A DNA stretch of 32,000 nucleotides from Pyrobaculum calidifontis JCM 11548 (GTDB taxonomy: Archaea > Thermoproteota > Thermoprotei > Thermoproteales > Thermoproteaceae), in assembly GCF_000015805.1 (NCBI RefSeq), contig NC_009073.1, forward strand, positions 750,001 through 782,000, in the 5' to 3' direction. Positions 24,477-32,000 of this stretch are shown here, one piece after another. The translations under genes and the position numbers were made by a program. The notes under the pieces were generated by a model. It was not told where the DNA came from. It worked only from the letters and a program-made list of their open reading frames with translations, and made no database searches. Numbering within the stretch: position 1 is the stretch's first letter; every line of letters begins with the position of its first letter.

Positions 24477-25181
24477 GTGTACTACCTACACCCCAAGAAG
24501 GCCCTCGCCTCAACTACGACAGACGTGCGATACGTCAAAGCGCTTATGGCGAAGCTACTCGGCGGAGGGCCCGTGGTCTTCGGCAGAGGAGACGAGGAGG
24601 TGTTGGCATTGGCGGGCTTCTCCGAGGACGACTGGCCCGCGACGAACTTTCTCTCCCTATTGATCTACAAGTGGAAAAGGGGGCAGGTGGAGCTTCCTCC
24701 CACCGCGGCGGCCCCTGTGGTAAACGAAAAAGCCTTTATAGGTGGAGGGGGATGGGAGGCGTATTTCGACTTCTTAGAGCTTAAAAGCGCCGAAGCGAGA
24801 GAGGTCACGCAGTTCTACCACAAGGCCAGGCCGCGGGTAGTGGCCGTGTTCCTAGGCGGAAGAGAGTTCGAAGTCACCGCAACTACGGAGGCGGCGGCCA
24901 GCGCCCTAGCCGTGAAGAAGATCACGCCGCATCCACACACCCCCGAGGGCGCCGCCACGCTGAAGTACAGCCACGCCCTAGTAATAAGGATCCCACACAC
25001 GCCAAGAGACTTCCACATCTACCTAAGACATGTGGCAAGCCTGCTGAGGCAAGCCGCGGCGCTGCCCCCAGTGACAAAGCCCACGGTTAAAGTGGCGGCA
25101 AAGGAAATATACCTACTACACGGGGGTAGGCAGGTGGACGACGGCGTGTTGCTCGACAACGAGGTGCACCACTTTATATGA
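24477..25181 (+). CDS. hypothetical protein (~234 aa), translationally coupled to ubiX
   Basis: No motif recognised. GTG 24477 is ~23 nt after ATTTATATACC (24450-24460); the track start is GTG 24468. The stop overlaps the ubiX ATG (ATGA at 25178-25181). Confidence 0.6.
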   Translation: MYYLHPKKALASTTTDVRYVKALMAKLLGGGPVVFGRGDEEVLALAGFSEDDWPATNFLSLLIYKWKRGQVELPPTAAAPVVNEKAFIGGGGWEAYFDFLELKSAEAREVTQFYHKARPRVVAVFLGGREFEVTATTEAAASALAVKKITPHPHTPEGAATLKYSHALVIRIPHTPRDFHIYLRHVASLLRQAAALPPVTKPTVKVAAKEIYLLHGGRQVDDGVLLDNEVHHFI

Positions 25182-25744
25182 AGGTATTTGTCGGCATCAC
25201 CGGCGCCTCTGGAGTCATATATGGGATAAAAGTTCTAGAGCTCCTCCGCCGCGCAGACGTCGAGATTCATCTCTCAATCTCGCGCACCGCGGAGAGGGTC
25301 ATAAGGCTTGAGACAGACTACGACGTGGGGTATGTAAAATCGCTGGCCCACTACGTCTGGGACGAGAACGACCTCACGGCGCCCCCCGCCTCGGGTAGCT
25401 TTGGAATAGACGCGGTGGCAATAGTCCCCTGCTCTACCAAGACTCTCGCCGCAGTGGCCCACGGAATAACACACAACTTGATCGTCAGAGCGGCCGAGGT
25501 GGGGCTCAAGGAGAGGAAGAGGGTAGTTCTCGTGGTAAGGGAGAGCCCCCTCTCCCTAGTCCACATTAAGAACATGGAATTGGCCACGCTGGCCGGGGCA
25601 GTGGTAATGCCAGCGGCGCCCGGCTTTTACACAAGGCCCAAGAACTTGGACGAACTAGTGACAACCTTCGCCGGCAGAGTATTAGACGCACTAGGCATAA
25701 GACACGACTTTACTCCTAGGTGGAGAGGCGCCAACCCCCCATGA
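25178..25744 (+). CDS. ubiX: flavin prenyltransferase UbiX
   Basis: KVFVGITGASGVIYGIKVLELL, IVPCSTKTLAAVAHGI and VLVVRESPLS give the UbiX/Pad1 flavoprotein pattern. 188 aa. Confidence 0.9.
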   Translation: MKVFVGITGASGVIYGIKVLELLRRADVEIHLSISRTAERVIRLETDYDVGYVKSLAHYVWDENDLTAPPASGSFGIDAVAIVPCSTKTLAAVAHGITHNLIVRAAEVGLKERKRVVLVVRESPLSLVHIKNMELATLAGAVVMPAAPGFYTRPKNLDELVTTFAGRVLDALGIRHDFTPRWRGANPP

Positions 25745-25883
25745 CGCTTTTCAACAAATCTGCTACGTGGGGAGCCTCCCGTTCCAAGATCTCTATGGCG
25801 CGGTAAATGTCGTCGTCGGGATGTATGCCATAGCGGAGAAGCGAAAAGGCAGAGACGCCCAAGAGCTCTCTCACAGTAGTCAC
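25716..25883 (-). CDS. possible small ORF (55 aa, GTG start), weakly HTH-like
   Basis: Not in the track. The minus frame reads (M)TTVRELLGVSAFSLLRYGIHPDDDIYRAIEILEREAPHVADLLKSVMGGWRLST*. GTG 25883 is 21 nt from the centre of TTTTATAATAA (minus strand, 25899-25909). The 3' end overlaps ubiX by 29 nt. Support is composition and promoter geometry only. Confidence 0.3.
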   Translation of the reverse strand: MTTVRELLGVSAFSLLRYGIHPDDDIYRAIEILEREAPHVADLLKSVMGGWRLST

Positions 25884-26104
25884 AGACAACACAATACCTT
25901 ATTATAAAACGCATACGGTATAGGCGCCTTTACATAATGGAAAGCCCCGCCCTTTAGGGCGGGGAGGAGGCCAGATAATGAAAACTCCACGGGAATAATC
26001 GTTAAAGCTCCTCATCCAAACTATTGAGAGAGTTTCTAACTGCAGAGCTCGAACCCTAAGCCCTGGACGGCGTAGCGGGCGGGGGTCGTTCCCAGGGCAA
26101 GGGG

Positions 26105-26941
26105 CTAGGGGTGTAGGGCTAGGGTGTGGACTAGTGGGACAATCGCTGGCACGAGGAACGTCAAGACTACGCCGTTGGCGAAGGCGTATAGAGAAAAGGA
26201 GGGGCCGTAGAGGGCTACGTAGAGGGGGAGCGTGTTGTCCATGGTAGTTGCGCCGCCGGCTGCCAGTACGCCGACCCGGCTGAACCTCCTGGCGAGTAGG
26301 GGCCCCAGGAGGAAGGTGAGTTGCTCCCTCAAGAAGTTTACAAGGAGGCCGTAGGCCCCGCCGACCTCATCTCCGGCACTCGCCAAGTAGGGGCCAGTGA
26401 AGGAGTACCACCCTAGCCCAAATGCCACTGCTGGTGTAATGCCGAGCGTGAGGGTGAAGAGAGGCGCCACTGCCGCAGCCCCCGCCAGCGCCACGGCGGG
26501 CGCCAGGAGGGCCCTCTTCTCCCACTTAAGCCCAACCCCGGCCATGTCAATTCCAGCTACGAGGAGGAGGAAGATCAGGAGGGGGTCTATCAAAGCGGCG
26601 TAGTTGGCCTTGTAAAAGCCGCCGACAACTAGCCCTGCCACGAGCGACGTGGCCACGTAGATGGAGATAGAGGGTCGCCCCACTGAGCCCCCGGCGCTGC
26701 CTCTATCCACAAGCGAGCCCAAGACTGCGGTGACTACCACAAGGGCCAGGGCGTAGAGGAGGGACACGACGAGGAACGTGGCGAGATTTCCCAAGACAAC
26801 GCCCGCCGCATTTGCAGAAACGAAAAACACCAAAGCCACTACAACGACTGTGAAGAGGAGTTGAGGAGGCCTCTTCTTAATTATAACGCCGATGAGATAC
26901 CCAAACGCTATTGGCGCTACGTATTTCACTACCTCAAACAC
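26105..26941 (-). CDS. polytopic membrane protein, DUF340/LysO-like (tentative)
   Basis: 278 aa and almost entirely hydrophobic (about 8 TM segments). GTG start ~25 nt after CATTTTTAC on the minus strand. The family guess is from overall resemblance only. Confidence 0.45.
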   Translation of the reverse strand: MFEVVKYVAPIAFGYLIGVIIKKRPPQLLFTVVVVALVFFVSANAAGVVLGNLATFLVVSLLYALALVVVTAVLGSLVDRGSAGGSVGRPSISIYVATSLVAGLVVGGFYKANYAALIDPLLIFLLLVAGIDMAGVGLKWEKRALLAPAVALAGAAAVAPLFTLTLGITPAVAFGLGWYSFTGPYLASAGDEVGGAYGLLVNFLREQLTFLLGPLLARRFSRVGVLAAGGATTMDNTLPLYVALYGPSFSLYAFANGVVLTFLVPAIVPLVHTLALHP

Positions 26942-27053
26942 GTGGCAGAAATTGCAGGGGGTAAAAATGCCTATTCCACCTCAGCGAGGCGAGCTGGCCC
27001 ACGCCTTCCCTCGACTCCGGCCCCTATAGTTGCTTAAAAATACAAATAAAGAC

Positions 27054-27323
27054 GTGGTGAGAGAGAGGGGGAGTTCACTGAAAGTATTAAAAGAGCGAAA
27101 GATACGCTTTCTAAATCTGGGAAGTCTAAAGTATTACGAGGGTTCTGAAAGTGAGCTGAAAATACTCCTAAGCGTGACGAGGGCCAAGTGCCACCTCTGC
27201 GGCGGGAGGGTAGAAGAGGTGGGATACGCCAGAGTTGGCAACGGCATAGAGCTCGTGCTGTGCAGAAAATGTTTAAGAGACTACATAGAGTATGTGCTTG
27301 GTGAGGGCGGCTGTCGCTGCTGA
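27054..27323 (+). CDS. small Cys-rich (CxxC...CxxC) protein
   Basis: KCHLCGGRVEE..x17..LCRKCLRDY is a zinc-ribbon-like pair. A GTG at 27054/27057 follows the A/T-rich CTTAAAAATACAAATAAAG. The track start TTG 27030 lies inside that box. Confidence 0.5.
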   Translation: MVRERGSSLKVLKERKIRFLNLGSLKYYEGSESELKILLSVTRAKCHLCGGRVEEVGYARVGNGIELVLCRKCLRDYIEYVLGEGGCRC

Positions 27324-27347
27324 CAAGTGACGAATACGTGGAGCCGA

Positions 27348-28013
27348 CTAGGCCACCTCAGCCACCCTCTTGAATACTTCCACGAACCTCTGACTCAAGT
27401 CTACGACCTCGTGCCTGCCCACTACGTTGGACACCACAAGGACACAGCCAGTCTTAAACCCCTTGGCCCAGCCGAGGGCCATGGCTACGGCGCACTCCAT
27501 CTCCACCGCCATGGCGCCTCTGTGTCTCCAATACTCGGCGAAGTTGGGATCCTCGGCGTAGAAGGCGTCACTCGAGACCACGTACCCCACTGGCGCATTG
27601 AGGGCCTTCGCGAGCCTCAGAGTGAGCTCGGGGTCGGCTGCCAGGGGCGGCAGTGCGCCGGGGAAATACGCGCCGAGGACGCCGCCGGGGTACGCCGAAG
27701 CCGCCGCGGCCACCAACACGGCGCCCACGGGCAGGTCACCAAAGGACCCAGCGGTGCCGATTCTCACAAAGCGCTCCATACCCAACATCTTTAGCTCCTC
27801 TAGGACGATGGCCGCCGAGGGGGCGCCAACGCCGTGTACGGCTACTGTGACACGCCTTCCGCCAACCCAGCCAGTGTAGACGGGAAACCTGTTTCTATTC
27901 ACAAGCTGGGCCTCCTCCATCAGCGAGGCAAAGAGCTCAGCCCTCCCTGGATCCCCCACGCCGATGACGAGGGGCGCAATATCCCCTTCCTTTGCCCAAA
28001 TGTGGTAAGGCAT
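27348..28013 (-). CDS. nucleoside phosphorylase, PNP/UDP family 1 (purine or uridine phosphorylase)
   Basis: MPYHIWAKEGDIAPLVIGVGDPGRAELFA...GWVGGRRVTVAVHGVGAPSAAIVLEELKMLG..FVRIGTAGS...AVEMEC is the typical DeoD/Udp-type fold signature. Confidence 0.85.
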   Translation of the reverse strand: MPYHIWAKEGDIAPLVIGVGDPGRAELFASLMEEAQLVNRNRFPVYTGWVGGRRVTVAVHGVGAPSAAIVLEELKMLGMERFVRIGTAGSFGDLPVGAVLVAAAASAYPGGVLGAYFPGALPPLAADPELTLRLAKALNAPVGYVVSSDAFYAEDPNFAEYWRHRGAMAVEMECAVAMALGWAKGFKTGCVLVVSNVVGRHEVVDLSQRFVEVFKRVAEVA

Positions 28014-28519
28014 GAGTTATAAATAGCCCGTGTTCAAAAGTGTGACGGAAAACGTGGGCTTGCATTTCTCCAACTGGACTAAGGCGGTCGTGTGCTGGAC
28101 GTCTAGTGGGGCCCTGAAATGAGGCGAATGGGCTAACAGTCACAGCGACCGCAGTCTAAGACGCATTTCTACGAGGCCAGGTGTTAAGGGGCGAGGCTCT
28201 GCCCAGCCTCGCGCCAGCCACCCCTCTCCCTCTCCGCGAACACGAGATCGTTGCCATGTCCTCTCTCGCGGCCAGCATAGGGCTCCTTCAGGTCTGAGGC
28301 AATTAATGGGTTTACGCCTTCTAGCAAGGCTTGCCGTAGCTGAATGTCCAGAGGTTTCCTGGCTTGGCCATTGTTGGGCGGCTAGTTGGGGCGTCGTTGT
28401 TGCAAACTTGCGCAGACGCCAAGGGCGGCTGGGGACGTCGTACCCCGCTCAGTAGAAAATGGGAGTTTGCGCAAGGCCTCTCGGCCCAATGAAATATAAA
28501 GAGCTCGTATATCTACGCC

Positions 28520-29470
28520 ATGGAGTTGGAAACTTTGACTAAGGCGCTGGGCGTGTCTGGGTTTGAGGATGAGGTTAGGCGCGTTATAACTGGCGTAGTT
28601 AAGGAGGCGGAGGTGGACGAGTTTGGCAACGTGGTGGCTAAGGGGCGTTCTAAGGTGGCGTTTGTGGCTCACATGGACGAGGTGGGGCTCCTCGTCACGT
28701 CTGTCGAAGAGGATGGTAGGCTGAAGTTTAGAAAGGTGGGGGGCGTTGACGACAGAATTCTCCCAGGCACCGCCGTCGTCTTATACAACGAGTCCACGCG
28801 CGTCGAGGGGGTCATAGGCGTGGCGCCGCCCCACTTTCAGCAACAGCAACAGCAGGTGACGTGGCAAGACCTCTACATCGACGTGGGGGCCTCCAGTAGG
28901 CAAGAGGTGGAGGCCATGGGGATAGGCCCCATGACACCTGCCGCGTTTGCCAGGAGGTATGCTGAGGTGGGGCGCTACGTGTCTGCCACAGCACTCGACG
29001 ACAGAGCTGGCTGCTGGGTTCTGCTGGAGGCGTATAGAAAGGGCGTAGAGGCTACTTACGTGTGGACTGTGCAAGAGGAGGTGGGGCTGTTGGGGGCCCG
29101 CGCTCTCTCTAGGAGCTTGGAGGGGCGGGCGGTAATAGTAGTAGACACCATGGCATGTTGCCACCCCAATTGGACAGGGAGCGTGAAGCCAGGGCAGGGG
29201 CCAGTCCTCCGCCTTTTCGACAGCTACGGCGCGTATAACAACAAGCTGGCTAAGAGGGTTCTCGAGGTGGCCAAGAGGAGGGGGATACCGATTCAGGTGG
29301 GCTCAGGCGGCGGGGGCACCGACGCCGCGGCCTTTTTCATGGCCGGCGTGCCGGCTGTGGCAATTGGGATATTGACCAAGTACTCCCACTCGCCTGTGGA
29401 GATGGCCCACAGGGACGACTTGAAATACGCAGTGGAGCTCATTGCGGCGCTTGCCGAGGAACTGTTTTAA
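28520..29470 (+). CDS. M42-family metallopeptidase (FrvX/TET aminopeptidase-like)
   Basis: LTKALGVSGFEDEVR, FVAHMDEVGL, ALDDRAGC, VQEEVGLLGA and the C-terminal SHSPVEM pattern are M42 metal-ligand contexts. ATG is ~23 nt after AAATATAAAG. The gene contains an in-frame hexa-Gln tract. Confidence 0.85.
   Translation: MELETLTKALGVSGFEDEVRRVITGVVKEAEVDEFGNVVAKGRSKVAFVAHMDEVGLLVTSVEEDGRLKFRKVGGVDDRILPGTAVVLYNESTRVEGVIGVAPPHFQQQQQQVTWQDLYIDVGASSRQEVEAMGIGPMTPAAFARRYAEVGRYVSATALDDRAGCWVLLEAYRKGVEATYVWTVQEEVGLLGARALSRSLEGRAVIVVDTMACCHPNWTGSVKPGQGPVLRLFDSYGAYNNKLAKRVLEVAKRRGIPIQVGSGGGGTDAAAFFMAGVPAVAIGILTKYSHSPVEMAHRDDLKYAVELIAALAEELF
28838..28855 (+). repeat. (CAR)6 trinucleotide microsatellite encoding QQQQQQ inside the M42 peptidase
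   Basis: CAG CAA CAG CAA CAG CAG, in frame with the 28520 start. Read directly. Confidence 0.95.
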
Positions 29471-29491
29471 AACAGAATTCTTTTTCGGCTT

Positions 29492-29818
29492 ATGAGGAGG
29501 CTGTTAATAGCCCTGCTCGTCCTCCTAACGGTGGCCTACCTGGGGATAAACGCGGTGGGTCTCCCGCCGCTCCTCGTGGCAGAGAACTTGGCGCTGGCGG
29601 CGGCCTACGCCGCGCTGGCCTTGGCCTTGGCGAGGCGGTGGAGCCGGACGTCGCTCATCATATTGCTGTTTCTCCTCGCCTTTAATGCCGGCAGAGTGTC
29701 TAGAAGCGTGTGGTCGCCCACCACCGGCTGGGCGCCTCTTGCCCTTGAACATGTCCCCCTCTTGGCATACCTCCTCATCTTGTCAATACTCACGGCGGTG
29801 GCTTTGGCGAGACAGTAG
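29492..29818 (+). CDS. small membrane protein (108 aa, ~4 TM)
   Basis: Hydrophobic Leu/Ala-rich segments throughout. No other motif. Confidence 0.5.
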   Translation: MRRLLIALLVLLTVAYLGINAVGLPPLLVAENLALAAAYAALALALARRWSRTSLIILLFLLAFNAGRVSRSVWSPTTGWAPLALEHVPLLAYLLILSILTAVALARQ

Positions 29819-29909
29819 GCCCATTCTGCGCTTGGGCGCCGCAAATGGGGCTAAACATCGGCATAACGCTTCACCAGCTACATTTTAATAGGGGGACTCA
29901 GGCGGGGGC

Positions 29910-30596
29910 ATGAGGTTACCAATTCTTATCATAAACTTTAAGGCGTATCGCGAGGCGGCTGGGAAGAGGGCTGTGGAGCTTGCCAAGGCCGCGGAGAAGG
30001 TGGCTAAGGAACTTGGCGTCAGTATAGCGGTAGCGCCCAACCACCTCGAGCTGGCCCTTGTAGCGGCGTCGGTAGACATCCCCGTGTATGCCCAGGGAGT
30101 CGACGTAGAGAAGGCTGGGGCCTACACAGCGCATGTGGCTCTTGAGAACTTGAGGGAGGCGGGGGCGGTGGGGGTTATCTTGAACCACAGCGAGGCACCC
30201 CTCAAGCTCAACGATTTGGCTAAGTACGTGGAGGGCGGAAAGGCGATGGGCTTAGACGTCGTTGTCTGTGCGCCAGACCCTCTGACCTCGCTGGCGGCCG
30301 CGGCGTTGGGGCCTCACGCCGTCGCCGTAGAGCCGCCGGAGCTCATTGGCACAGGCCGCGCCGTGTCTAAGTACAAGCCAGAGACTGTGGTAAAGACGGT
30401 TGAGCTCGTCTCTGCCCACTTCCCCAATGTGGCCGTGATAACTGGCGCGGGGATTGAAAGTGGAGAAGACGTGGAGGCCGCGCTCAGGCTTGGGACAAGG
30501 GGGGTCCTTCTCGCAAGCGCCGCGGTCAAGGCTAAAGACCCCTATCAGAAGATTATGGAGCTGGCAAAGCCCTTGGTCGCGGCAGGGCCGCCTTAG
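29910..30596 (+). CDS. tpiA: triosephosphate isomerase (archaeal short type)
   Basis: [31 protein letters not shown] and GAGI. 228 aa of the archaeal type. ATG is ~22 nt after TTTTAATAGG. Confidence 0.95.
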   Translation: MRLPILIINFKAYREAAGKRAVELAKAAEKVAKELGVSIAVAPNHLELALVAASVDIPVYAQGVDVEKAGAYTAHVALENLREAGAVGVILNHSEAPLKLNDLAKYVEGGKAMGLDVVVCAPDPLTSLAAAALGPHAVAVEPPELIGTGRAVSKYKPETVVKTVELVSAHFPNVAVITGAGIESGEDVEAALRLGTRGVLLASAAVKAKDPYQKIMELAKPLVAAGPP

Positions 30597-30648
30597 GTGT
30601 CTGCCGCTCATCCGCCCCCATCCGGGGTGCGTATTTATGCGCTTATGT

Positions 30649-30936
30649 TTATAAGTTTTTCACATATTCGGCCCACAGCTCTAGTTCTCCTACGTCGACC
30701 CTCGTCCTTCTCCCAGCCTCGTCTTCTACGTACGCCTCCGCGATTTTGACAACGTCGCCGCTGACTACCCCTCTTATGATAATGCGCCTCCTCTCAGCGC
30801 CGAGCTCCGGGTTTGAGGCCGCCTCGGCTATGGATGGCGTTGTAAATACGATTTCAACCTCTTTCCCCACACGCCGCACTTCATACTGCTCGCCTAATTT
30901 GTCTAGCTTTTCCAGGGGGATGTAAATGTTTTTCAC
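30649..30936 (-). CDS. hypothetical protein, 95 aa
   Basis: Clean ORF. GTG 30936 is 23 nt from the centre of the shared TATATATA box (30952-30966). No motif recognised. Confidence 0.5.
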   Translation of the reverse strand: MKNIYIPLEKLDKLGEQYEVRRVGKEVEIVFTTPSIAEAASNPELGAERRRIIIRGVVSGDVVKIAEAYVEDEAGRRTRVDVGELELWAEYVKNL

Positions 30937-30951
30937 CTAGTTGGCTAAACT

Positions 30952-30966
30952 ACGTATATATATGTG
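30952..30966. promoter_or_regulatory. bidirectional TATA box ACGTATATATATGTG
   Basis: Centre ~30959. GTG 30936 (minus) and ATG 30982 (plus) are both 23 nt away. Confidence 0.6.
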
Positions 30967-30981
30967 TTTTCCATAGTGGTC

Positions 30982-31335
30982 ATGCTACCGCCTGCAGTAC
31001 TAAGACAGCTGTATGTGCAAGGCAGTCTGACGAATACCCCGGAGGGGGCAACTTTTAAGCTGAAGAACTCGCTGGCCCCGGCGACGGTTGTTGGGCTCGA
31101 AGTGTCAGTGGACGGGCAAAAGGTGCCCAGCGAGAAGATCTACGTAATAGCCGGAGGACAGAAGAGGGGAGTTGGCGAGCTGGCTTCAAGCGGGCAGAGA
31201 TTCGCCGTAAGAGACGAAGTAACCATTCTACTAGCGGGAGTGACTCTCGCCCCAGGCGCCCATCGTATTGACATAAGGGCTAAGACTAAGGAGTGGGGCG
31301 ATTTGGCGTTCGACATCACTGACACGGTGAGATAG
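30982..31335 (+). CDS. hypothetical protein, ~117 aa
   Basis: ATG 30982 is 23 nt from the centre of the same TATATATA box. The track start GTG 30964 lies inside the box. The sequence is beta-rich (..ATFKLKNSLAPATVVGLEVSVDGQKV..). No motif recognised. Confidence 0.55.
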   Translation: MLPPAVLRQLYVQGSLTNTPEGATFKLKNSLAPATVVGLEVSVDGQKVPSEKIYVIAGGQKRGVGELASSGQRFAVRDEVTILLAGVTLAPGAHRIDIRAKTKEWGDLAFDITDTVR

Positions 31336-31948
31336 ACCTAAACTTTTCCACAAACCTCTCCAACGCGTTTTTTAGTTCGCTCAATTCGTTCGACAGTTCC
31401 GGCGCCGCTTGTGCTAGAAGCAGTGCCCCAGCTATGGTCCTAATGCCCGCGGAGGCCACTCTCACGCCGCCCCATTCGACAGCCACGCTACCGATCGCCA
31501 TCACCTTCCCCTTATTCTCCGCCGCCACGACCGCGTCTTCAAACGGGTAGGCCACATAAGTCAGAGTGAGAGCGTGGCCGCTGTACGGCATGTAGACTTT
31601 TTTGACGTGTTTTCTCACGGAGAAGGGGCCCATCCTGTCCGCCAGGCGACCCCATCTACCGTTGGCCGCGTCTATAAAGGACACGTGGTTCCTAAGCCAC
31701 GTAAACACGTCCCCCCTCTCCCCTGGCGCATAGTCGAGGGAGAGTACTCTACCTATCTCTGCGCCGAGGTAGTCGTACAGCTCTAGGTAGGGCCTAATTA
31801 GGGGCTCCAACGCCTCTGGAGAATCTATGACCCTCTCGTCAAAGCCCCCCGCTGTGCGGCCCACGGCCACTGCGCCATTCTCTCTAATTATGATAGTGGC
31901 TTCTTGAAACTCTCCCCACGGCACGCATAGGGGCACAATCAGTTCCAC
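31316..31948 (-). CDS. hypothetical protein, 210 aa
   Basis: Clean ORF with a GTG start preceded by TTTATAAATATTTTTT (minus strand). The 3' end overlaps the convergent gene by 20 nt. No motif recognised. Confidence 0.55.
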   Translation of the reverse strand: MELIVPLCVPWGEFQEATIIIRENGAVAVGRTAGGFDERVIDSPEALEPLIRPYLELYDYLGAEIGRVLSLDYAPGERGDVFTWLRNHVSFIDAANGRWGRLADRMGPFSVRKHVKKVYMPYSGHALTLTYVAYPFEDAVVAAENKGKVMAIGSVAVEWGGVRVASAGIRTIAGALLLAQAAPELSNELSELKNALERFVEKFRSISPCQ

Positions 31949-32000
31949 AGCCCAATGAGAAAAAATATTTATAAACTAGGCATAGCGAGGGGGACGTGCC

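Noticed and set aside
25627-25914. A 95-aa minus-strand track ORF downstream of ubiX
   Set aside because: Its ATG lies upstream of the only TATA box, and the sequence is Cys/Arg/His-rich and implausible. It overlaps ubiX by ~120 nt. A different frame starting at GTG 25883 fits the promoter better and is reported separately at low confidence.
25944-25966. A perfect GC hairpin CCCCGCCC-TTTA-GGGCGGGG and a second inverted repeat GCCCTGG..CCAGGGC (26069-26099) in the spacer downstream of the LysO-like gene. These were considered as tRNA or H/ACA-like sRNA fragments.
   Set aside because: No cloverleaf, T-arm (GGTTCRANYC) or ACA/K-turn context could be built around them. They may be simple structural or termination-associated elements.

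Overview
This is a dense, GC-rich archaeal chromosomal segment. The protein sequences, and the recurring TATA box centred 21-25 nt upstream of start codons with no Shine-Dalgarno (leaderless mRNAs), point to a hyperthermophilic crenarchaeon of the Thermoproteales, Pyrobaculum/Thermoproteus-like. That assignment is inference; no search was run. I count about 42 protein genes, mostly housekeeping. They include a thiolase (partial), a MalK-type ABC ATPase, deoC, acyP, azlCD, nadE, nadM, pheS, aconitase, a SpeH-type pyruvoyl decarboxylase, a SIS/PHI isomerase, ubiX, a nucleoside phosphorylase, an M42 peptidase and tpiA. I saw no rRNA, tRNA, CRISPR array, transposase or integrase. Five items I could support are absent from the ORF track: (1) the thiolase 5' end at the left edge; (2) a SAM methyltransferase split by a +1 frameshift in a G6 run; (3) a well-formed C/D box sRNA overlapping a stop codon (15031-15090, minus); (4) a complete 31-codon mini-gene for an extremely acidic Glu/Trp peptide just upstream of the SpeH-type gene; (5) a possible 55-aa GTG-start ORF convergent with ubiX. 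The best candidates for something undescribed are these. First, a stand-alone split ABC/SMC-type ATPase plus a small helical CxxC..CxxC protein (5093-6655), which looks like a defence-type two-gene module. Second, the acidic mini-gene. Third, a 770-bp palindrome-rich non-coding gap between the two NAD genes. Fourth, an unknown protein translationally coupled to UbiX with no UbiD present. All functional calls rest on motif recognition by eye, and many track start codons appear too far upstream. Corrected starts are given where a TATA box supports them.
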